Shown: positions 59,278 to 64,000 of the stretch, in pieces
Position numbering within the stretch: position 1 is the first letter of the stretch
How the letters are laid out: the number at the start of each line of letters is the position of its first letter
DNA from: an uncultured Thermotogae bacterium
GTDB taxonomy: Bacteria > Bipolaricaulota > Bipolaricaulia > UBA7950 > UBA9294
DNA length: 64,000 nt
Direction: 5' to 3'
Assembly (NCBI GenBank): GCA_964523545.1
Contig: CAZFZM010000005.1
Location: 31,805-95,804 of the forward strand
Notes under the pieces: generated by a model
Seen by the model: only the letters and a program-made list of their open reading frames with translations
The model's database searches: none
What the model was told of the DNA's origin: nothing
Translations under genes and position numbers: made by a program

Positions 59278-59934
59278 TTGCCTCGACTCGAAGCGGTCGT
59301 CTTCGATCTCGACGGGACCCTGGTTCGCTATCACGGGATCGACTTCGAATCGAGCTGGGGAGCGATCGCGGCAGCGGCGGGCGTGTCCGATCGATCGCGC
59401 GCGCTCCTCCGCGAGTACCTACCGCGCAAGGACGCCTATCCCGAGTGGGTCGCCAGGGACGCGGAGCTCCTTTCCGATCTCCCCACGTCGGCTGTAGCCG
59501 ACGCCGTTCTACCGGCTCCGTACGCAAAGGGCGTTCGCACCGCGATCGACGCGCTTCGCGGCCAGTACCGACTGGGGATCCTGTCGTCCGGAGTCGATCT
59601 CGTGGCCGACTGGGTCCGCCGGGATCTCGGGCTCGACTTCGCGCTGGCGAACCATCTCGAAACGGAGGACGGGCGGTTCACCGGTCGGTGTGAGACGCGC
59701 GTCGACCTGTGGAAGAAGGACGAGGCGATGCGCCGGATCGCCTCGGAGCAAGGGTTCCCGATCTCGCGGGTCTGCTTCGTGGGCGATCATCTGAACGACG
59801 TTCCGGTGATGCGGATCGTCGGCCTCGCGATCGCCGCGAACCCGAAGGACGAGCGCGTTCGCGACGCAGCGGATCATGCGATCGAAGACTTCAACGATCT
59901 ACCGGGGTTGATCGCCGAATACGCCGCCGGCTAG
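59278..59934 (+). CDS. HAD-IB family hydrolase (phosphoserine phosphatase-like)
   Basis: TTG 59278 lies 5 nt after GGGGAG. Motif I VVFDLDGTL. Also SSG...V and the GDHLNDVPM motif. Confidence 0.8.
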   Translation: MPRLEAVVFDLDGTLVRYHGIDFESSWGAIAAAAGVSDRSRALLREYLPRKDAYPEWVARDAELLSDLPTSAVADAVLPAPYAKGVRTAIDALRGQYRLGILSSGVDLVADWVRRDLGLDFALANHLETEDGRFTGRCETRVDLWKKDEAMRRIASEQGFPISRVCFVGDHLNDVPVMRIVGLAIAANPKDERVRDAADHAIEDFNDLPGLIAEYAAG

Positions 59935-60479
59935 CTCGGCTCCTCGTAGTAGAAGATCTGGTAGACGAGGCGGTCGAGGATCTCCTCCTTGAACGCGATC
60001 CCGAGACCGCGGCTGACGAACGCCGGGAGGCTCTGCCGAAGCGTCTCCGAGTAATCGACGGCGAGGACGGAGTCTCGCCCGAGGGTGACGAGCGCCTCCT
60101 GGAGGAGTTTCGCGCCGATCCGGCGGAGGTCCTGATGCTTCGGGTCGATGACGACGGCCGGGAGGAAGTAGATCTTCCCCGCCCTGAAACGCTCCGGATA
60201 CCGTCGCTCGAAGTACGGCGCGTTCACCCACGGGATCTTCTCCAGCACGTTGGTGAGGAGCGTAACGCCGACGAGCTCGTCTCCGACGTAGACGAGGAAC
60301 TTCTCGAAGTCCACGTCCTGGAGGATCGCCTCGAACTGGGCGACGGAGAATCCGCCGTGGTGGATCGGCGTGCGCTGATTCAGCCGTTCGAACGCGCCGC
60401 GATAGATCGCCCAGAGCCGGAGTCGCGCTTCCGGTTCCTCGAGCACGCGCGTTTCCACAATCCGGATCTCGCCGTTCAT
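59931..60479 (-). CDS. hypothetical protein (possible GNAT-fold acyltransferase)
   Basis: 182 aa with high GC3. The LVGVTLL....YFLPAVVIDP..Q..RIG..LL segment resembles the GNAT acetyl-CoA-binding core. This is a weak call. Confidence 0.5.
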   Translation of the reverse strand: MNGEIRIVETRVLEEPEARLRLWAIYRGAFERLNQRTPIHHGGFSVAQFEAILQDVDFEKFLVYVGDELVGVTLLTNVLEKIPWVNAPYFERRYPERFRAGKIYFLPAVVIDPKHQDLRRIGAKLLQEALVTLGRDSVLAVDYSETLRQSLPAFVSRGLGIAFKEEILDRLVYQIFYYEEPS

Positions 60480-60513
60480 CGTCTTCCCCCCACGTTCCGC
60501 GCTGTGGAGTGGG

Positions 60514-61137
60514 TCAGGTCCCGAAGATTCGATCGCCGGCGTCCCCCAAGCCGGGGAGGATGTACCCCTTCGCGTTCAGCTCGCGATCGAGAGCGGCGGT
60601 GTAGATCGGTACTTCGGGATGGACTTCCGAGTACGCCTTGACCCCCTCCGGCGCCGCGACGAGGCAGAGGAACTGGATCCGCTCTCCGCCTTCCCGCTTG
60701 ATGATGTCCGTCGCCGCGATCGCGCTTCCTGCTGTGGCAAGCATCGGATCGACGAGGATCACCTGCGCGTTGGGGAGCTCCGGCGGGAGCTTGCAGTAGT
60801 ACTCGACCGGCTGCAGCGTCGCCGGGTCGCGATACAAGCCGATGTGGCCGACCTTGGCCATCGGGACGAGGTTCAACACCCCGCCAAGCATCCCGGTGCC
60901 GGCTCGGAGGATCGGGGCCAGGACGATCGGCACGTCGAGAACACGGCCCGTCGTCGGCTCGAGCGGCGTGTCGATCTCGATCTCACGCAGTGGGTAGTCG
61001 CGTGTGATTTCGTAGACCATCAGCGCGGTCAGTTCCTCGAGGAGACGGCGGAACGCCTCGTTGTCGGTGTGCTCGTCGCGCATGCGAGTCAGCTTGCTCT
61101 GGATCAGGGGATGCTCGATGACGTGAAGTTTGGGCAT
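60514..61137 (-). CDS. upp: uracil phosphoribosyltransferase
   Basis: 207 aa. HPLIQSKLT.MRD, ILRAG.GM, the PRPP loop ILVDPMLATAGSA, and YILPGLGDAGDRIFGT. Confidence 0.95.
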   Translation of the reverse strand: MPKLHVIEHPLIQSKLTRMRDEHTDNEAFRRLLEELTALMVYEITRDYPLREIEIDTPLEPTTGRVLDVPIVLAPILRAGTGMLGGVLNLVPMAKVGHIGLYRDPATLQPVEYYCKLPPELPNAQVILVDPMLATAGSAIAATDIIKREGGERIQFLCLVAAPEGVKAYSEVHPEVPIYTAALDRELNAKGYILPGLGDAGDRIFGT

Positions 61138-61254
61138 GCTCCTCCGTTCCTTGCAGTGTACTGCGAAGGAAGATACTCGGTCGGTCGGGAGGGGACAAAC
61201 TCACACGGTGGAGGGACCGGCCGCACCCGGGGTTGGAACGAGGGCGGCGTCGGG

Positions 61255-62571
61255 TCACTTCCCGGCGACCTGGAGGGAGTCGACGAGGACGTACGGGGCC
61301 ATGCCGACCGAGCGAAGACCGGAGAAGGCGCGCCGCCGCTCCCGGCTGACGGCGCGAACCTTGCGAAGGTCCTCGTAGATGTTGCCGGAGATCATCGTCT
61401 TGTCGAGGCGGCCGATGACCTTGCCGCCGACGATGTGGTAGCCGACGGCCTGGACGGCGAACTGCCCCTGCGGGTAGTTCCCGGAATGGAAGCCCATCCC
61501 GTTGGTGATGAGGAGGCCCTCCTTCAATCCAGACAGGAGGTCACGCCAGCTTTCCTCGCCCGCCCCGATGACCGGATTTGCGAACCAGGGCGTGGGAGGC
61601 GTCTCGGACCCACCGCCGAACAGCGCCTCCTTGAAGCCGTGCCCGTTCGACGGCCGCTGAAGCGCCGCGCCGGACCTGAGGTCGACGATGTAGTCCTTCA
61701 GGACACCGTTCTCGACGATCGCTTGGGTGGCGCACGGGACGCCTTCGTCGTCGAACGGGCGCGCGCTCGGGTCGCCGTCGGCGAGCGGATCGTCGAGCAC
61801 GGTGAGCTTCTCGGAGAGGATCGGCTGTCCGACCTTGCCGACGAGCGGCGACGTCTTCTTCGAGACGAGGTCCCCGCTGACGCCCATCAGCAGCGGGAGA
61901 AGGAACAGGAACGCAGCTTCGGGAGCGAGGATTACCGGGAGGCGCCCGGTCGACGGGGTCGACGTGTCGTCGCCCCACCGGTACCACTCGACGAATTCGT
62001 CGACGAGGGCTTCGTCGACCTCGAACGGGGAGATCGACCGTTGCCCCTTGATGATCGCCGTCCCGACGCCTCGGAACGGTGCGCCGAATCCGATCGTGTA
62101 GTTCGTTGCTCGGAGTTCGTCGCCGGCGCCCTCCGTCGATTCGACGAGCAGGTGGGAAGTGTCCACCTGACCGCGGATGATCAGCGGGATGTCCGGGAGT
62201 TCCTTGTGGATCCGCTCCTTGACCGCTTCGCAGAGGTCGACCAGATCCTGGCTCGTCGCTCCGGCCGTCCGATCGTCGTAGGTACGGACGGAAGGGTAAT
62301 CGGCCGTCGGGGCAAACGAGAAGGTTGCCCCGTCGCCGTATCGGGCGGCGGCGCGCGCGTCGTCGAGGAGCGTTTCGGCTTCCGGGAAGACGCCGTACGT
62401 GCTTCCGAGCCGGCCGTCCTCGATCACCCGTAGGGCGACGGAGGAGAGGTCGTTCTCCTCGACCTGCTGGAGGCGGTAGTTCTGATAGAGGGCGCTGATC
62501 GTGTGTCGCCGTCTCCAGTAGAGCTCGGCCTGATCGACGGTCCCTTTCGCGGACTCAATCAGTGGATGCAT
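61255..62571 (-). CDS. TldE/PmbA family protein (pair 2, divergent)
   Basis: 438 aa. PmbA_TldD C-terminal pattern (FDDEGVP...NG.L...........G.....GN). Its start abuts the stop of the preceding tldD paralog. Confidence 0.8.
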   Translation of the reverse strand: MHPLIESAKGTVDQAELYWRRRHTISALYQNYRLQQVEENDLSSVALRVIEDGRLGSTYGVFPEAETLLDDARAAARYGDGATFSFAPTADYPSVRTYDDRTAGATSQDLVDLCEAVKERIHKELPDIPLIIRGQVDTSHLLVESTEGAGDELRATNYTIGFGAPFRGVGTAIIKGQRSISPFEVDEALVDEFVEWYRWGDDTSTPSTGRLPVILAPEAAFLFLLPLLMGVSGDLVSKKTSPLVGKVGQPILSEKLTVLDDPLADGDPSARPFDDEGVPCATQAIVENGVLKDYIVDLRSGAALQRPSNGHGFKEALFGGGSETPPTPWFANPVIGAGEESWRDLLSGLKEGLLITNGMGFHSGNYPQGQFAVQAVGYHIVGGKVIGRLDKTMISGNIYEDLRKVRAVSRERRRAFSGLRSVGMAPYVLVDSLQVAGK

Positions 62572-63945
62572 CTAGACACCTCCGATCGTCACGGCGTCGA
62601 TCTTGATGTGCGGAGCGCCGGTTCCTGACTTGCGGTTCGTCTGCATCGGGGATCCCTTTCCGCATCCGCCTCGCTCGCCGAAGGTCAGGTCGTCGCCGAC
62701 CATCGAGATCGCCTGCAGCGTGGAGAACAGCTCGCCGCTCATGTTGATGTCGCGAACCATCGGTCCGAGCTTGCCTTTCTCGATCCGAAAGCCCCATTGG
62801 GATCCGAACGTGAACTGATCGCCGGAGGTCTGTCCGCCCTTGGCGCCGACGAGGTAGTAGCCGTTGTCGATCGACGCGATCAGCTCGTCGAACGAGGACT
62901 CGCCCGGCTCGATGAAGATGTTCGACATCCGGACGAGCGGCGTGTACTGGACGTCGACCGCTCGCATGTTCCCGGAGAGGTCCTCGCCGAACTCCGCCGC
63001 GGTCTCGCGCGAGTGGAGACGGCCGGTGAGGACGCCCTCGGTGATCAGCCGCGTCTTGACGCCGCGAACCCCCTCGTCGTCGACGATGAAGTGGCCCGGT
63101 CGCCCCTCGAGGGTCGGATCGTCGCTGACCGAGAGGATCGGTCGTCCGAGCTTCGTCCCCATCTGCAGACGCGCCCGGAACGCCGGATTGTTCTGGAGAC
63201 CGTCCCCTTCCGAGAGGTGTCCGAACGCCTCGTGGATGAACACGCCGGCCTCGCTCGGATCCAGGATCACGGGGAAGACGCCGGCCTTCACCGGCTCGGC
63301 GTCGAGGAGCTCGCACGCCCTGGCGATCCGCGCCTTCAGCTCCTCCTCGCGGGCGAGAAGTCTTCCGTAGTCCTCGCAGCCGCCGAACGCGAAGCGAACC
63401 CGCTGAACGACGTCTCCCTTCTTGGCGACGATGAAGCCGACGATCCCGCAGTTGAGCAGCTCGTACTCGATCGCCGAGCCGTCGCTGTTGACGAAGACGC
63501 GCCGGGAGCCGAACTCGTCGTAGTACGTCTGTGTCGTGATGACGTTCGGCTCGCCGAGGATGATGCCGTTGTAGTGGGCCACGAGATCGAGCTTTTCTTT
63601 GAGGGAAATCCGCCGCGGATCCTGCGCCGGCGACAGAAGGAACGCGTCGGTGACGGTCGGGGCGTCGGCGACTCGGAGCTTCTTCTCTCGGAGCTTCCCC
63701 ACGAGCGACGCCGAGGTACAGGTCGACTCGGCGATCGGCCCGGCGCGCTCAGGGGCGGAGAAGGACGAGATCGCTTTCCCCCCGTCGGCGTAGGCGCGAA
63801 CGTGGCCGCCGGCCGATTCGGTCGATGCGACCTCGCTCAGCTTCTTCCCCTCGTAGAGGATCCGGACCTTCCGGTTCTCCTCGTACCGAATGTCCGCGTA
63901 ATCCACCGGGAGCTCCGCTGCCATCGCGGCCAGCTTCTCCTTCAT
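62572..63945 (-). CDS. TldD family metalloprotease (pair 2)
   Basis: 457 aa. HEAFGH (HExxxH), FIVDDEGV, GGCGKG. GAAGGAGG lies upstream. Confidence 0.85.
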   Translation of the reverse strand: MKEKLAAMAAELPVDYADIRYEENRKVRILYEGKKLSEVASTESAGGHVRAYADGGKAISSFSAPERAGPIAESTCTSASLVGKLREKKLRVADAPTVTDAFLLSPAQDPRRISLKEKLDLVAHYNGIILGEPNVITTQTYYDEFGSRRVFVNSDGSAIEYELLNCGIVGFIVAKKGDVVQRVRFAFGGCEDYGRLLAREEELKARIARACELLDAEPVKAGVFPVILDPSEAGVFIHEAFGHLSEGDGLQNNPAFRARLQMGTKLGRPILSVSDDPTLEGRPGHFIVDDEGVRGVKTRLITEGVLTGRLHSRETAAEFGEDLSGNMRAVDVQYTPLVRMSNIFIEPGESSFDELIASIDNGYYLVGAKGGQTSGDQFTFGSQWGFRIEKGKLGPMVRDINMSGELFSTLQAISMVGDDLTFGERGGCGKGSPMQTNRKSGTGAPHIKIDAVTIGGV

Positions 63946-64000
63946 CGAACCTCCTTCGATTTCGTGTCCGACGTGCCAGATACTATGAGACTCCCTCCAT

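Noticed and set aside
61138-61254. Hairpin (ttccttgcag-tgta-ctgcgaaggaa) in the upp leader, considered as a PyrR-type attenuator.
   Set aside because: The PyrR binding-loop consensus (ARUCCAGAGAGG) is absent. There is no terminator/antiterminator pair, and the hairpin may be incidental.
60619-62433. 604-aa plus-strand ORF. Many similar long shadow ORFs appear in the track, for example 4213..5595, 1702..2757, 40402..41526 and 19904..21226.
   Set aside because: All overlap strongly supported genes on the other strand or frame and show antisense-type composition. I treat them as artefacts of high G+C.

Overview
All calls come from reading the sequence and the ORF track by eye and from remembered family motifs. 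No searches or computations were run.

**Overall content.** This is a compact, GC-rich bacterial chromosome segment. Hand counts of single 60-nt lines in core genes give about 65-73% G+C. I call about 62 CDS and one tRNA-Met(CAT). I saw no rRNA, CRISPR array, transposase or integrase.

**Housekeeping genes (most of the window).**
- accD-accA with a translationally coupled HycI-like hydrogenase maturation protease.
- fba-pfk.
- A long minus-strand operon: ribF, tsaB, rpmB, an S1-like ORF, a four-subunit 2-oxoacid:ferredoxin oxidoreductase, and a Nudix gene.
- ruvB, floA/nfeD, and two tldD-pmbA pairs.
- rnhA-dtd-rpmF.
- ftsZ with an unusual N-terminal extension, followed by an orphan OmpR-type regulator.
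- AMMECR1-mtaB-phoH, and an LCP gene with rsfS.
- A UvrD-type helicase fused to a nuclease.
- hup, a class III aminotransferase, an MBL hydrolase, serS, smpB, tgt and upp.

**Accessory region (about 44.6-54.7 kb).**
- It has visibly lower G+C and atypical codons.
- It encodes a PKD/beta-helix lipoprotein.
- It encodes a 1420-aa metzincin-vWA-MAM-like-Ig surface protein.
- It encodes a 982-aa protein with four uncharacterised tandem modules plus PKD domains.
- It encodes a PorV/PorQ-like outer-membrane barrel. The two giant proteins alone share a T9SS/FlgD-Ig-like C-terminal sorting domain.
- The composition returns to host-like values inside the third gene, at a domain junction.

**Other points worth a second look.**
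- An ABC ATPase / NosD-like beta-helix / ABC-2 permease unit with no nosZ in the window, plus a paralogous NosD-like::DUF192 fusion.
- At least eight genes whose sigma70-like -10 box sits 6-9 nt from the start codon with no Shine-Dalgarno, making them leaderless candidates. One pair shares a palindromic -35 element.
- A tRNA whose 3' end lies 4 nt from the rnhA start codon.
- A Nudix gene whose intact N-terminal half has no ATG/GTG/TTG start.
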